Positions 34,787 to 46,299 of a stretch of DNA of 64,000 nt are shown piece by piece. Position 1 is the stretch's first letter; each line of letters begins with the position of its first letter. Origin of the DNA: Gemmatimonadales bacterium. GTDB lineage: Bacteria; Gemmatimonadota; Gemmatimonadetes; Gemmatimonadales; GWC2-71-9. The notes beneath the pieces are model-generated. The model did not search any database. It had not been told where the DNA came from and saw only the letters and a program-made list of their open reading frames with translations. Where the stretch lies: contig DASSGV010000029.1 of assembly GCA_035693225.1 (NCBI GenBank), positions 1,284 through 65,283 of the forward strand. The letters run 5' to 3'. The translations under genes and the position numbers were made by a program.

Positions 34787-35887
34787 TCATCGGACCCCGG
34801 TCACTCCTGCCGGTGGGGCGGTCGTGTCGATGGTGGCGTGCACCGCGTCGCCCAGGCGCACGAATGCACTGTCAGGTGGCACGCCCTGCACCAGTGAGTC
34901 GAGCCCCGCCACGGCCCGCGCCACGTCACCGCCGCACGCCTGATACCAACGGTCGAGCCAGTCGAGGTGGGTCCGATAGATCGTGGCACCCACCAGCCTG
35001 GCGTTGTTCACCTCGTACATGAACTCCGGCGCCACCCGATACGACTTGAACCGAGGCCCGAGCGAGTCGCGCAGGTCGGCCGTGGCCCATGCCGCGACGG
35101 CGGCCCGGGCCGCCGTGACCGCAGACGAGTCCTGCGCGGTGGCGTACGCAGAATCGAGTCGATCGATCAGCGCGTGGTAGAAACCTGACAGCAGGATCTC
35201 GTCGTTCCATCGCGCCGCGGCGCGATCCGCGTCCACGCTGTCGCCCCGCACGCGAAAGAACGCCTCGGCGCCGCGATACCCCACCAGCTGCGCGTAGCTC
35301 TCGTTGAACGGCGCGTTGCTCTTGACCCACAGCGTGTTGTGGGCGATCTCGTGCAACACGAGTGCAACCAATTCCATCGAGTCCGGCGTGATGGCGGTGG
35401 ACAGGAGCGGATCATTGAACCATCCCAGCGTCGAGAAGGCGGCCGCCGGCCGGAGGTACACGTCATAGCCCCGGCGATCCAGGTCGGCTGCGGTGCGGCG
35501 CGCCAATCCGAAATCGAAGAACCCCTTGTACGGGATCCGTCCGACGATCGGGTAGTGCCAGGTATACGGGGCGATGCGATCATGCGGCGCGGCCGAGAGG
35601 ACGAGCAGCAGGGTGTCCCGACCGACGTCGGCGTAGGTCGTGTACGTCTTCCTGGCCTGCAACCCGAGGGTCGACGCGAAATCACGCGCCTGGAGCACCA
35701 GTGTCAGTTCGTGGCGGCGCTCCGCCGGCAAGGCCGGATCCTGCAGGAGCTTGGCGATGGGCTTGCGCGCGGCGAGGATGCGCCCTTCCTCGACCGCGGA
35801 GCGGTGGATGTAGCGGACATCGGCGCTCGACACGAACGCGACGGAATAGCCGCCGATGACGAGCGCCACCACTGCGGCAAAGATCAT
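34787..35887 (-). CDS. Predicted zinc aminopeptidase (PF10023-like)
   Basis: N-terminal TM, VLHEIAHNTLW HExxH motif, GGAGG before ATG 35887. Confidence 0.75.
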   Translation of the reverse strand: MIFAAVVALVIGGYSVAFVSSADVRYIHRSAVEEGRILAARKPIAKLLQDPALPAERRHELTLVLQARDFASTLGLQARKTYTTYADVGRDTLLLVLSAAPHDRIAPYTWHYPIVGRIPYKGFFDFGLARRTAADLDRRGYDVYLRPAAAFSTLGWFNDPLLSTAITPDSMELVALVLHEIAHNTLWVKSNAPFNESYAQLVGYRGAEAFFRVRGDSVDADRAAARWNDEILLSGFYHALIDRLDSAYATAQDSSAVTAARAAVAAWATADLRDSLGPRFKSYRVAPEFMYEVNNARLVGATIYRTHLDWLDRWYQACGGDVARAVAGLDSLVQGVPPDSAFVRLGDAVHATIDTTAPPAGVTGVR

Positions 35888-35901
35888 GGGTGTCCTCCGG
35901 G

Positions 35902-36789
35902 TCACCGGGTCCAGCGGAATCCGATCCGCTCCACGTCGCTGCCGAGCACCGTCCGGCGCTGATAGGCCCAATCGAGCTTGATGCGCCGGAGGCCGATGCT
36001 GGCGCCGAAACTCTGGTCCGAGGCGCCGGAGCCCGCGGGCTGCGCGCCGAAGCCGGCGCGCGCCGTGAGCGTCATCCCGCCGAGTGAGACACCCGCCTCC
36101 GCCCCGATCACGGTGCGGCGCGACTCGCGCTCGCTCCACACGCTTTCCAGGACGCCTCGAAGCCGGAACGTACCCTGCGGATCGACGAAGTTGAACGTCA
36201 CGCCGGCGTGGGTGGTGGTGGGCAGATCCAGCCCTCCGTTGGCGAGGACGTGCTGCCCGATGTTCTGCACGCTCACCGCCAGCGCCAGGATGTCGAAGAA
36301 TGCGATGGTGGTGCCCAGGTCCCCGGTGACGGCACTGGACGTCTGGTGCGCGGAGTCGGTGACCGATACGTACTTGACCGACCCGCCAAGAGCGATCAAC
36401 CCGAAGCGGTACACGCCGGTGCCGGCATAGACCAGGTTGTCCCGGGTGGCGGCGGTGTCCCCGAACGTGACGTGATGCACGCCGGCGCCGAGATCGAACT
36501 GCCCCGCCCGGAAGGCCACGGCGGCCATCGACTGGGTGGCCGTCCCCGCGTACCGGTCGTACGCCCCTTCAACGCTCAGGTGCGGCACGGCGGCCAGCCC
36601 GGCGGGATTGACGAACACCGAACCCGCATCGCCGATGACCGGCACACCGGCGCCGCCGAGTCCGGCAAAGCGCACCGAAGCAGGGAGCACCAGCACCACC
36701 GGATAGGGGCGTCCCGCCTGGGCCCGGAGGGCTGGCGCGACCGAGCCGGCCAGCAGGGCCAGAAAGGCGGCGGTTCGAGGGATGGTCAT
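35902..36789 (-). CDS. Outer-membrane beta-barrel protein (PorV/PorQ- or UPF0164-like)
   Basis: Signal peptide ending ALRAQA, alternating beta-strand pattern, C-terminal RW..R/F; lies upstream of the aminopeptidase gene. Confidence 0.65.
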   Translation of the reverse strand: MTIPRTAAFLALLAGSVAPALRAQAGRPYPVVLVLPASVRFAGLGGAGVPVIGDAGSVFVNPAGLAAVPHLSVEGAYDRYAGTATQSMAAVAFRAGQFDLGAGVHHVTFGDTAATRDNLVYAGTGVYRFGLIALGGSVKYVSVTDSAHQTSSAVTGDLGTTIAFFDILALAVSVQNIGQHVLANGGLDLPTTTHAGVTFNFVDPQGTFRLRGVLESVWSERESRRTVIGAEAGVSLGGMTLTARAGFGAQPAGSGASDQSFGASIGLRRIKLDWAYQRRTVLGSDVERIGFRWTR

Positions 36790-36902
36790 GGGTCCGGGCT
36801 TGACATGGCCCGATATCCCAAGTGTAAGTGCCACAACGGGTTTTGACAATGCGGCGGACGGACGATTAGCTTGTGCGAACGCATCGATCTGCTGGTAAAC
36901 GA

Positions 36903-37043
36903 AGCTATCAGCTGTCAGCTGTCAGCTATCAGTAATCGGCCATTAAGGGCGAATGCCCAGGCCGACGTGGCAAGCGCAGGCATCCACCCGTCGCGTTGGC
37001 TGATAGCCGATAGCTGATAGCTGATAGCCGATAGCTGATAGCC
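36903..37043. repeat. Split inverted heptamer arrays (AGCTRTC)n ... (GCYGATA)n upstream of dnaE
   Basis: Left arm 36903-36932, unique 66-nt centre, right arm 36999-37043 ending 9 nt before the dnaE ATG. Confidence 0.9.
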
Positions 37044-37052
37044 TACAGCCCA

Positions 37053-40000
37053 ATGGCCTTCGTCCACCTCCACACCCACAGCGAGTTCTCCCTCCTCGAC
37101 GGCGCCAACCGCATCCCGGAGTTGGTGGGGCACGTCAAGAAACTGGGGATGGATTCGCTGGCGGTCACCGACCACGGCAACATGCACGCGGCCTGGTCGT
37201 TCTACGAGGAGGCGAAGGCCCAGAAGATCCGTCCCATCCTCGGCTTCGAGGCGTACCTCGCCTTCGGCTCCCGCCGGGCCGCCCAGAAGCCGCCCGATGC
37301 GCCCTCCCAGTACAGCCACCTCGTCCTCCTGGCCAAGGATCGCACCGGCTACCGCAACCTCATCAAGCTCTCCTCGATCGGGTTCACCGAGGGATTCTAC
37401 CGGCGCCCGCGCATCGACAAGGAGGTGCTGGCCGAACACCATGAAGGGATCGTGTGCCTGGCCGCGTGCCTCTCGGGCGAGATCGCGCTCTATCTCCGAC
37501 GGCAGCAGTACGACAAGGCCCGCGCGTCGGCGGAGTGGTTCGCCCGGACGTTCGGGAAGGACGACTTCTGGCTCGAGATCCAGTCGCACGGGATCGACGA
37601 GGAAGCGATCGTGACCGAGGGGATGCTCCGCCTGGGCCAGGAGCTTGGTCTCGGCGTCGTGGCGACGAACGACGCGCATTACCTCCGGCGGGAGGACGCG
37701 GAAGCGCACGACCTGCTGCTGGCCATCGGCACCGGCAGCGAGCTCGACGATCCGAAGCGGTTCCGCTTCACCGGGAGCGAGAGCTACGTCAAGAGCGAAA
37801 AGGAGATGCGGGCGCTCTTCGGCGCACATCCGGAGACGATCGCCAACACCCAGACGATCGCCGACCGATGCGAGTTCTCCTTCGAGAAGAAGTACTTCAT
37901 GCCCGCCTTCCCCCGCCCCGAGGGATTCGAGAGCGAGGGGGCCCTCCTCCGGCACCTGACGCTGGCGGGGATCAAGATCCGCTACGGGGATCCGGTCCCG
38001 CCGAATGTGCAGGAGCGCCTCGACTACGAACTGCGCGTCATCGACACCGCGGGTTACGCGGGATACTTCCTGATCGTCCACGATTTCATCCAGGCGGCGC
38101 GCGACCGGGGCATCCCCGTCGGGCCCGGCCGCGGCTCGGCCGCCGGATCCATCGTGGCGTATGCCCTTCGGATCACCGACGTCGACCCGCTCAAGTTCGA
38201 CCTCATGTTCGAGCGGTTCCTGAACCCCGAACGGGTGTCGATGCCGGACATCGATGTCGACTTCTGCTTCGAGCGGCGCGGCGAGGTCATCGAATACGTC
38301 CGCCAACGCTATGGCCGGGACAGCGTGGGCCAGATCGTCACCTTCGGGACCCTCAAGGCGCGGGCGGCACTCAAGGACGTGGCTCGGCTGCTGCGGATCC
38401 CCCCCGGCGACGCCGACAAGCTCACCAAGCTGGTGCCTTCGGGACCGGCGTTCGCGATGACCGTCGATGAGGCCGCCCGCAAGGTCCCGGAACTCAAGGA
38501 GCTGGTAGGCAAGGACCCGCTGTACGAACGCCTGTTCAACTTGTCGAGCCGGATCGAGGGGATCAGCCGCCACGCCTCGGTACACGCCGGTGGCGTGGTC
38601 ATCGCCCCGGGCCCCCTGTCCGACTATGTGCCGGTCTGCACCCAACCGACCAAGGGCGCCGGCGCATCGCAGAATGGCACGGACGCCATCATCTGTCAGT
38701 ACGACATGGTGGGGCTCGAGAAGGTCGGCATGCTCAAGATGGACATGCTCGGCCTGAAGACGCTGACGGTGATCCACGACGCGGTGGAGATGATCGCGGC
38801 CCGCCACGGCACCCGGCCCGAGATGGACACCCTCCCCCTGGAGGACCCGCAGGTGTACGAGATGCTCCGCCAGGGACGCACGGCGGGGATCTTCCAGTTC
38901 GAGTCGGCGCTCGCCACCGAGACCCTGCGCGCGATGAAGTGCGATCGCTTCGACGACCTGGTGGCGAGCAATGCGCTGCTCCGCCCGGGACCGCTCGACG
39001 CCGGGATGCACCTGGTGTTCATCCGCCGCAAGCTCGGCCAGGAATCGGTGAGCTACCCGCACGAGTCCCTGCGCGAGATCCTGGAGCCCACCTACGGGGT
39101 CATCACCTACCAGGAACAGGTGATGCGGATCGCCAACGTCCTGGCGGGTTTCTCTCTCGGCGAGGCCGACGTACTCCGGAAGGCGGTCGGCAAGAAGGAC
39201 GCCGAGCTGATCAAGAAGGAGCTCGGGCGGTTCATCGAGCGGGCCGTCGCGGCGGGTCACCCGCGGAAGATGGTCGAGGAGGTCTCCGCCCAGCTCGAGA
39301 CCTTCGGCCGCTACGGCTTCAACAAGTCGCACTGCGTGGCCTACACGGTCCTCGGCTACCAGACGGCGTGGCTCAAGACCCACTACCCCGCCGAGTTCAT
39401 GGCGGCGCTCCTCAGCTCGGAGATCGGCGACACCGACAAGGTGGTGCAGTACATCCGCGAGGCCCGCGAGATGGGCCTCGAGGTCCTGCCACCGGACGTC
39501 AACGAGTCGGGGTTCAAGTTCACCGTCGTCAGCGACCGACGGATCCGGTTCGGCCTGGGCGCGGTACGGAACGTGGGCGAAGGGGCCATCGCGAGCATCA
39601 TCGCCGGCCGGGCCGAAGCGCCGTACCGGTCGCTGCACGAGTTCGTCGGCCTGATCGACCTCCGGCTCTGCAACAAGCGGGTGGTGGAATCGCTGATCTC
39701 GGCCGGCGCGCTCGACGCGATGGGCGACCGGGCCGCCTTGACGGCCGCGCTCGACTCGGCCCTCGGCGAGGCCCAGCTGGCCGAGCTCGACCGCGCCTCG
39801 GGCCAGTCCTCCCTCTTCGGCGATGGGGATGCCGCGCCGACGCGCCCCCACGCGGCCGGACTTCCGGAGGCGCCGCCGTGGACCGAGGCCGAGCGCCTGA
39901 CCCGGGAGAAGGAGGTCCTCGGATTCTTCATCTCCGGCCATCCCCTGGAGCGCTGGCGCACCGAGGTCGAGCTCTTCGGCACCCGCACCACCGCGACGCT

Positions 40001-40535
40001 GCACGAATGGAGCGAGCACACCGTGACCATCGCGGCCGTGGTGACGGTGGTCAAGCGCCAGATCTCGAAGAAGACCGGGAAGGAGTACGCGCGGTTGGTG
40101 CTGGAGGACTTTCACGGCACCGCCGAGGCCATCGTGTTCCCGGATGCGTGGGCCAAGCTCAACCAGTCCATCGCCGTGGACCAGGCAACGCTCCTCACCG
40201 GGGGATTCAGTCCCAGGGACCGCGGCGAGGAACGGGCGCCGTTCGTGATCGAACAGGCGGACCATCTCGCCGATCTCCGCGCCGCCGGCCAGGTCGGGGT
40301 GGCGCTCCGCTGGCGCGCCCCCGAGGCCCCGCCGGCGGAGGCGCTCCGGGCGGTGGCCGCCCTCTGCGCCGCCCACCCCGGGCCATCGCCGCTCTATATT
40401 GAATGGAGCGACGGGAACGGCGAGCGGCTCCGGCTCCGTTCCAAGAGCCTCCGGATCGCGCCGGATGACCACCTGGTCCGTGCGCTGCACGATGTCCTCG
40501 ACCACGCCTCCGTCCACTTCGTCAAGGTGAGCTGA
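37053..40535 (+). CDS. dnaE: DNA polymerase III alpha subunit
   Basis: PHP N-terminus [15 protein letters not shown], polymerase core GRGSAAGS and PDIDVDF. Confidence 0.97.
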   Translation: MAFVHLHTHSEFSLLDGANRIPELVGHVKKLGMDSLAVTDHGNMHAAWSFYEEAKAQKIRPILGFEAYLAFGSRRAAQKPPDAPSQYSHLVLLAKDRTGYRNLIKLSSIGFTEGFYRRPRIDKEVLAEHHEGIVCLAACLSGEIALYLRRQQYDKARASAEWFARTFGKDDFWLEIQSHGIDEEAIVTEGMLRLGQELGLGVVATNDAHYLRREDAEAHDLLLAIGTGSELDDPKRFRFTGSESYVKSEKEMRALFGAHPETIANTQTIADRCEFSFEKKYFMPAFPRPEGFESEGALLRHLTLAGIKIRYGDPVPPNVQERLDYELRVIDTAGYAGYFLIVHDFIQAARDRGIPVGPGRGSAAGSIVAYALRITDVDPLKFDLMFERFLNPERVSMPDIDVDFCFERRGEVIEYVRQRYGRDSVGQIVTFGTLKARAALKDVARLLRIPPGDADKLTKLVPSGPAFAMTVDEAARKVPELKELVGKDPLYERLFNLSSRIEGISRHASVHAGGVVIAPGPLSDYVPVCTQPTKGAGASQNGTDAIICQYDMVGLEKVGMLKMDMLGLKTLTVIHDAVEMIAARHGTRPEMDTLPLEDPQVYEMLRQGRTAGIFQFESALATETLRAMKCDRFDDLVASNALLRPGPLDAGMHLVFIRRKLGQESVSYPHESLREILEPTYGVITYQEQVMRIANVLAGFSLGEADVLRKAVGKKDAELIKKELGRFIERAVAAGHPRKMVEEVSAQLETFGRYGFNKSHCVAYTVLGYQTAWLKTHYPAEFMAALLSSEIGDTDKVVQYIREAREMGLEVLPPDVNESGFKFTVVSDRRIRFGLGAVRNVGEGAIASIIAGRAEAPYRSLHEFVGLIDLRLCNKRVVESLISAGALDAMGDRAALTAALDSALGEAQLAELDRASGQSSLFGDGDAAPTRPHAAGLPEAPPWTEAERLTREKEVLGFFISGHPLERWRTEVELFGTRTTATLHEWSEHTVTIAAVVTVVKRQISKKTGKEYARLVLEDFHGTAEAIVFPDAWAKLNQSIAVDQATLLTGGFSPRDRGEERAPFVIEQADHLADLRAAGQVGVALRWRAPEAPPAEALRAVAALCAAHPGPSPLYIEWSDGNGERLRLRSKSLRIAPDDHLVRALHDVLDHASVHFVKVS

Positions 40536-40537
40536 CC

Positions 40538-41500
40538 ATGGCAGTGGCGTATACCCTCGAATTCGAGAAGCCGCTCCAGGAACTGGACCGGCAGATCGAC
40601 GACCTCAAGAAGCTCGGCGCCGAACGCCACATCGACGTCGAGGACGAAGTGCGCGCCCTCCAGGACCGGCTGGAGACCCTGCGGGGCGAGATCTACGCCG
40701 CCCTGACGCCGATGCAGCGGGTGACGGTGGCCCGGCATCCGAAGCGGCCCTATACGCTCGACTACCTCGGCACGATCTTCACCGATTTCATCGAGCTCCA
40801 CGGCGACCGGCTCTACCGCGATGACCTGGCCATCGTGGGCGGGTGGGCGCGGATCGACGGCACGTCGGTGATGGTCATCGGGCACCAGAAGGGACGCGAC
40901 ACGAAGGAGAACCTGAAGCGCAATTTCGGGATGGCCCACCCCGAGGGGTATCGCAAGGCCCTCCGGCTCATGAAGCTCGCCGCCAAGTTCGAGGCACCGA
41001 TCATCACGCTCATCGACACGCCGGGGGCGTACCCCGGGTTGGGTGCCGAGGAACGGGGACAGTCCGAGGCGATCGCCCACAACATCATCGAGATGGCATC
41101 GCTCCCGACCCCGATCATCGCCGCCGTGATCGGCGAGGGGGGTTCGGGCGGTGCGCTGGCGCTCGGGGTGGCCGATCGGGTGCTGATCCTTGAGAATTCC
41201 GTGTACTCGGTCATCTCGCCCGAAGGCTGTGCGGCGATCCTCTGGAAGGATTCGTCCCAGCGTGAGCGGGCCGCCGACGCGCTCAAGCTGACCGCCAAGG
41301 ATCTCATCGGGCTCAAGGTCGCCGATGAGATCGTACCGGAGCCTCCGGGCGGGGCGCACCAGGACCCGGAGCGGATGGCCGCGTCGCTGCGGGGCGTGCT
41401 CCTGCGCCAGCTCAAGGAGCTTCGGTCCGTCAAGCCCGACAAGCTGGTCCGCCGCCGGGCCGAGAAGTACGCGTCGATCGGCGCGTTCGTCGAGGCGTGA
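40538..41500 (+). CDS. accA: Acetyl-CoA carboxylase carboxyltransferase alpha subunit
   Basis: [21 protein letters not shown], and [11 protein letters not shown] motif. Confidence 0.95.
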   Translation: MAVAYTLEFEKPLQELDRQIDDLKKLGAERHIDVEDEVRALQDRLETLRGEIYAALTPMQRVTVARHPKRPYTLDYLGTIFTDFIELHGDRLYRDDLAIVGGWARIDGTSVMVIGHQKGRDTKENLKRNFGMAHPEGYRKALRLMKLAAKFEAPIITLIDTPGAYPGLGAEERGQSEAIAHNIIEMASLPTPIIAAVIGEGGSGGALALGVADRVLILENSVYSVISPEGCAAILWKDSSQRERAADALKLTAKDLIGLKVADEIVPEPPGGAHQDPERMAASLRGVLLRQLKELRSVKPDKLVRRRAEKYASIGAFVEA

Positions 41501-42573
41501 CCGTGCAACTCGTCGAGGTCCGGTTCAAGGGGAACCGCAAGGGCTATTACCGGTGGGCCGCCGAGGCCGACCCGCTCCGACTCGAGGAGCGGGTGATCGT
41601 CGAGGCCGAGCGTGGCCACGACCTGGGCCGGGTGTCGGCGGCGGGCGAGGCTGCGGAGAAGAAGTGCGGTTCGTGCTCGAGCTGCGAGCGCGGCGCCACC
41701 CCGGCGCCGGACGCGAGGCCGGCGGTGGTCCGGCGCGCCAGCCAGGCGGACATCAAGGCCCAGAACGACCTCCGCCGCACCGAGGACGATGCCCGACGCA
41801 AGGTGGCCGAGCGGGTCCGGCATCATCAGCTCACGATGAAGGTGAGCGACACCGAATGGCAGTGGGACAAGAACAAGCTCACCATCTACTTCACGGCCGA
41901 AAAACGGGTCGACTTCCGCGGCCTGGTGCGGGACCTGGCCTCCCAGTTCCGGACCCGCATCGACCTCCATCAGATCGGCGTGCGCGATGAGGCCGCACGG
42001 TTGACCGGGGTCGGCCGTTGCGGCAAGGAATTCTGCTGCTCCACGTGGCTCACCGAGCTCTCGCCGGTCAACCTGGCGCTCGCCAAGGACCAGCACCTCT
42101 CGCTCAACCCGCAGCAGATCTCGGGCGGGTGCGGCCGGCTGCTCTGCTGCCTCAAGTACGAGCACGAGTTCTACGTGGCCTCGCGCAAGCGCTTCCCCAA
42201 GGAAGGCAGGATGGTCACCACGGCGGTGGGCGCCGAAAAGGTGGTGGCCGTCGACATCTTCCGCGAACGCGTCTTCCTGCGATCGGAGCAGCTGGGCCCC
42301 CGGATCATCACGCTCGCCGACCTCAAGTCCGAGCTCGAGCAGTTGGGCCAGCCCCTGCCGGCCGCCGAATCGCGGCCCGCCCCGCCGACGCCATCCGCAG
42401 CGCGCCCGGCGGCGTCCCATCCGGCATCACCACGTCCGGCGGAGGCAACGGCCCAGGCCCCGGCCCCGGAGGATCGGCCCCGCCGACGCCGGCGGGGCCG
42501 GGGGCGCCGGGGCCGTGGTGGCGCCGGCCCGGGCCCGGGACCCTCCGCCCCGCCCTCTCCACCCGGATCCTGA
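41497..42573 (+). CDS. PSP1-domain protein (RicT/YaaT-like) with Pro/Arg-rich tail
   Basis: [21 protein letters not shown] cysteine motif; low-complexity C-terminus. Confidence 0.8.
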   Translation: MTVQLVEVRFKGNRKGYYRWAAEADPLRLEERVIVEAERGHDLGRVSAAGEAAEKKCGSCSSCERGATPAPDARPAVVRRASQADIKAQNDLRRTEDDARRKVAERVRHHQLTMKVSDTEWQWDKNKLTIYFTAEKRVDFRGLVRDLASQFRTRIDLHQIGVRDEAARLTGVGRCGKEFCCSTWLTELSPVNLALAKDQHLSLNPQQISGGCGRLLCCLKYEHEFYVASRKRFPKEGRMVTTAVGAEKVVAVDIFRERVFLRSEQLGPRIITLADLKSELEQLGQPLPAAESRPAPPTPSAARPAASHPASPRPAEATAQAPAPEDRPRRRRRGRGRRGRGGAGPGPGPSAPPSPPGS

Positions 42574-44124
42574 GTGCCGAAGTTCTTCCTCACCACCGCC
42601 ATCGACTACGCCAACGGTGATCCCCACCTCGGCCACGCGTTCGAGAAGATCGGCGCCGACGTCATCGCGCGATACCGCCGCCTGCGCGGCGACGACGTCT
42701 GGTTCCTCATCGGGATGGACGAGCACGGCCAGAAGGTGGCACAGACCGCGGCGGAGCGCGGCCTCACGCCGCAGGCGCTCACCGACCAGGTCGCCGTCCG
42801 ATTCCAGGAGATGTGGAAGCACCTGGGGATCTCCCACGACCAGTTCATCCGCACCACCGCTCCCGAGCACCGCGCGGGCGTCCAGGAACTGATCGAGCGG
42901 ATCTTCCAGCGGAACCCCGACGACTTCTACGAGAAGACCTACGCGGGCCACTACTGCGTCGGGTGTGAGTCGTTCAAGCAGGACGCCGAGATCGTGGACG
43001 GCCATTGCGCCCTGCACCCGACCCGGACCCTGGAGTGGGTGGAGGAACGGAACTGGTTCTTCCGGCTGTCGCGGTACCAGGAGTTCCTGACCCGGCACAT
43101 CGAGGCCCACCCCGAGTTCGTCCAGCCCGCCACCCGCCGCAACGAGATCCTGGGGCTTCTGGCCCAGGGGCTCGACGACATCTCCGCCAGCCGCTCGCGC
43201 TTTGCGTGGGGCGTTCCCTTCCCCCGCCCCACCAGCGATGGCGAGGGCCAGACCACGTACGTCTGGTTCGACGCCCTGCCCAACTATTGGACCGCCATCC
43301 GGACGCCGGGATCGCGGGCGGTGTGGCCGGCCCAGCTCCACGTGATCGGCAAGGACATCACCCGCTTCCACTGCGTCATCTGGCCCGCCATGCTCCGCTC
43401 GGCGGGGCTCGCGCTCCCGGAGATGGTCTGGGCCCACGGATTCATCACCTATCGCGGGGAACGATTCAGCAAGAGCGCCGGAGTCCGGCTCGAGCTCGCT
43501 GATGCCGTCGACCGGCTTGGCGCCGATGCGTTCCGGTACTTCCTCATGCGTGAAGTGCCGTGGGATGCCGACGGCGGATTCAGCTGGGACCGGTTCGAGG
43601 AGCGCTACAACGCCGACCTCGCCGACGGCCTGGGGAATCTCGCGTCACGGGCCCTGGCGATGGTCGAGAAGTACCGCGCCGGGGTGCTCCCGCCGGGGGA
43701 CCCGACTACGCTCGATGACGACGGCCTCCGCGCCGTCGCCGAATACCAGCGGGCGATGGACGCGCTCGACCTGCAAGGCGGGATCGCGGCCGCCTGGTCG
43801 CACGTGACGGCCGCCAATCTCTTCGTCCAGCGATCGGCGCCGTGGACCCTGGCCAAGGAAGGGCGCGATCGGGAGCTCGACGCCGTCCTCGGCGCCCTGG
43901 GGCGGGCGCTCTACCGACTGGCCATCCTGAGCGCGCCGATCATGCCCTCAAAGGCACAGGCGCTCTGGGAGGCCCTGGGCCAGACCGGGGAGATCGCCCG
44001 CATCCCTTCCCCCTGGTACCGGAAGAGCTGGGGCGCCGGCGGACTCGCCTGGCCCGCCGGAGCGCGGGTGAGCAAGCCCGCCGGGCTCTTCCCCAAGGCC
44101 ATTTCCAGCGACCCAAGCGCTTAA
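42574..44124 (+). CDS. metG: Methionyl-tRNA synthetase (short form)
   Basis: AIDYANGDPHLGH (HIGH), a CxxC...C.LH zinc knuckle, and KFSKS (KMSKS). Confidence 0.95.
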   Translation: MPKFFLTTAIDYANGDPHLGHAFEKIGADVIARYRRLRGDDVWFLIGMDEHGQKVAQTAAERGLTPQALTDQVAVRFQEMWKHLGISHDQFIRTTAPEHRAGVQELIERIFQRNPDDFYEKTYAGHYCVGCESFKQDAEIVDGHCALHPTRTLEWVEERNWFFRLSRYQEFLTRHIEAHPEFVQPATRRNEILGLLAQGLDDISASRSRFAWGVPFPRPTSDGEGQTTYVWFDALPNYWTAIRTPGSRAVWPAQLHVIGKDITRFHCVIWPAMLRSAGLALPEMVWAHGFITYRGERFSKSAGVRLELADAVDRLGADAFRYFLMREVPWDADGGFSWDRFEERYNADLADGLGNLASRALAMVEKYRAGVLPPGDPTTLDDDGLRAVAEYQRAMDALDLQGGIAAAWSHVTAANLFVQRSAPWTLAKEGRDRELDAVLGALGRALYRLAILSAPIMPSKAQALWEALGQTGEIARIPSPWYRKSWGAGGLAWPAGARVSKPAGLFPKAISSDPSA

Positions 44125-44248
44125 GTCGTTGCAACACAACAACATCGAGATATATTGCCCGGGTTGACAGGCCGGGGCCTGGTCGGCATCTTTAGCCGCT
44201 GTTTCGGGACCTTTCCTGAGGCCCCGGTCCGATCTCGCGGGAGTGTTG

Positions 44249-45178
44249 ATGGACGAGCGGCGTTGGCGGGTCGTGGTGGTGCCCCCGGGCGCCGGGGCCT
44301 CGAAGGTCCTCGAGGTCTCGCAGACGGTGGTCAAGTTGGCGATCGGCATCGGGCTCGTGATCGGGCTCGCGGCCGTGTTGTTCAGCTATGTGACCCTGTC
44401 GCGCTCGATCACCATCTCCCGCACAGCGTCCCTGACCCGTCAGAACCAGCTGCTCGCCGAACAGATCGGCCAGATGCAGGGCCGGATGAACGAACTGAAG
44501 GACACGTTGCAGACGATCTCGGACCGGGATGCGCGGGTCCGGCTGCTGGCCAACCTGGAACCGATCGATCCCCAGGTGGCCGAGGCCGGGATCGGCGGCC
44601 CGGCCCCGGATTCGCCGACCGACTCCGAGCTGGCCGCCACCGGGGTCCTGGGCCGGCGCACGATGAGCGTTCGGGTCGACCTCGATGGCCTGATCCGTCG
44701 GGCCAACCTGCTGGCGTGGTCGTTCAACACCGCGGCGGAGAGCTTGGCGTCGCACACCACCCGCCTGGCCGCGCTGCCGTCCATCATGCCGACGCGGGGC
44801 TGGCTCACGAGCGCCTTCTCCCAGATGCGCGAGCACCCCATCCTGCACATCAATCGCCCGCACGAAGGAATCGACGTGGCGGCACCGATGGGCGCGCCCA
44901 TCGAGGCGCCAGCCAATGGCATCGTCACGAGCGCCCAATGGGAGACCGGCTACGGCAACGTGGTGATCATCGACCACGGGTACGGCATCGTCACCAAGTT
45001 CGCGCACTGCTCCAAGCTGCTCGTCCGCGCCGGCCAGCGGGTCCGTCGGGGAGACAAAGTGGCGCTGGTGGGCAACACCGGCCTCGCCACCGGTCCGCAC
45101 CTGCACTACGAAGTGCACGTCAACGGCAAGCCGGTCGACCCGTTGCGCTACGTCCTGCCGGATGCGGTGGTGGACTGA
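44249..45178 (+). CDS. M23-family peptidoglycan endopeptidase
   Basis: HEGIDVAAP ... GNTGLATGPHLHYEV; N-terminal TM and coiled coil. Start is ATG 44249 or GTG 44243. Confidence 0.9.
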   Translation: MDERRWRVVVVPPGAGASKVLEVSQTVVKLAIGIGLVIGLAAVLFSYVTLSRSITISRTASLTRQNQLLAEQIGQMQGRMNELKDTLQTISDRDARVRLLANLEPIDPQVAEAGIGGPAPDSPTDSELAATGVLGRRTMSVRVDLDGLIRRANLLAWSFNTAAESLASHTTRLAALPSIMPTRGWLTSAFSQMREHPILHINRPHEGIDVAAPMGAPIEAPANGIVTSAQWETGYGNVVIIDHGYGIVTKFAHCSKLLVRAGQRVRRGDKVALVGNTGLATGPHLHYEVHVNGKPVDPLRYVLPDAVVD

Positions 45179-45224
45179 CACGACGCAGCACTCCCCCGCA
45201 TCCCGCCGGCCCCACCGCCCCGGT

Positions 45225-46295
45225 TCACCTTCGCTCGATCAGCCACGCCAGTTCCTGCCGGACCGCACGCGCCATCGCCGAGAGGCCCAGCGCGATGGGG
45301 GCGTTGTCACTGAACGCCTGTGCCACCGCATAGAGCGTCCGCGGCTGGAACGCCGCCTGGTTGGTGACGGCAAAGACGGGATCCCACCATTCCGGATCGA
45401 ACTTGGCCTTGAACCGATCGAGTCCGTCGAAATTGTAGAACCGGCGGCCGTGGGCCCGGACCCACCGCAGCATCCAGCGCAGCCACCAGGGATCGACGAC
45501 ATCGGTGCCACCGGCCCGGCTGGAGAGGGGGGCCAGGCCGAGGGTCACGTACTCGGAACGAGCAGCGATCATCGCCGTGAACGCGGCGTCCAGCAGGAGC
45601 TCCGCGGTGCCGTTGGGTGCCTCGGCCCCGCGCACGATCTGCTCCACCAGCCAGCCGCGCCGGGCTGGCACCGGACTGGCCACCAGGAATCCCACCACCC
45701 GCCCATCCCGCTCGGCCACCAGCACCATCCGGTCCAGGATCCGTCCCAGGGTGAATGGCGTGGTCATGAAGTGGAGCGGCGGGAGGCCGCGGGTGGCGAG
45801 CCACTCCGCCAGGCAGGCCTGGAGCGCCGGGTGGTCCTGGGCCCGGGACGCCTCCCATCGGCTCACCACCACGCCCTTGTTGCGGGCCCGCGATAATTGC
45901 GCCCGGAGGGAGCCGTGCTCCGCGATGATCCGCGGCCACGCCGAAGGCACCCAGCAGGGCTGGGCACCGAGCGTCACGAAGGCGCAGTCCGACCGGCCCC
46001 GAAGCAGGCGTTCCAACCGCGCCTCCGCCGCCATGTAGCAGACCGATGCACCGACCTGGGCCGCGTCCGATTCGAGTTCCCGGGCCACCGCCCCCAGGCG
46101 CGCTTCCGACGCGACCGGCGCCCCCGCCACCATCCATACCGCACCGCAATCGACCAGGCCGGCCACGGCATCGCCGGCGGTGGAGAACCAGTGCGCGATG
46201 CCCGGGTTGACGATCTGGTAGGCGGTGGAGTTCCAGCCGTGGGCCAGGACGAGCTCGCGGACCCGCGCCAGCTCGTCCATCCCCGGGGCGATCAT
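45225..46295 (-). CDS. DUF2156 protein (aminoacyl-phosphatidylglycerol synthase C-terminal-domain-like, no flippase part)
   Basis: FYNFDGLDRFKAKFDPEW and the general DUF2156 layout recognised by eye. Confidence 0.7.
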   Translation of the reverse strand: MIAPGMDELARVRELVLAHGWNSTAYQIVNPGIAHWFSTAGDAVAGLVDCGAVWMVAGAPVASEARLGAVARELESDAAQVGASVCYMAAEARLERLLRGRSDCAFVTLGAQPCWVPSAWPRIIAEHGSLRAQLSRARNKGVVVSRWEASRAQDHPALQACLAEWLATRGLPPLHFMTTPFTLGRILDRMVLVAERDGRVVGFLVASPVPARRGWLVEQIVRGAEAPNGTAELLLDAAFTAMIAARSEYVTLGLAPLSSRAGGTDVVDPWWLRWMLRWVRAHGRRFYNFDGLDRFKAKFDPEWWDPVFAVTNQAAFQPRTLYAVAQAFSDNAPIALGLSAMARAVRQELAWLIERR

Positions 46296-46299
46296 CGGG

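Noticed and set aside
36915-40517. 1200-aa ORF on the minus strand
   Set aside because: It is antisense to dnaE, whose + strand product has unmistakable PHP and Pol III alpha motifs. The antisense product is Arg/Gly/Asp/Leu-rich with no motif. Long antisense ORFs are expected at this GC content. The same reasoning applies to 15194..17182, 29356..30774, 40394..42420, 42427..43437, 55503..58001, 57983..60973, 60039..61313 and similar ORFs.
44128-44168. GTTGCAAC palindrome and TTGACA hexamer upstream of the M23 peptidase gene
   Set aside because: The palindrome is short at 8 bp, and I found no convincing -10 at proper spacing. It may be promoter-related, but the evidence is too weak to report as a feature.
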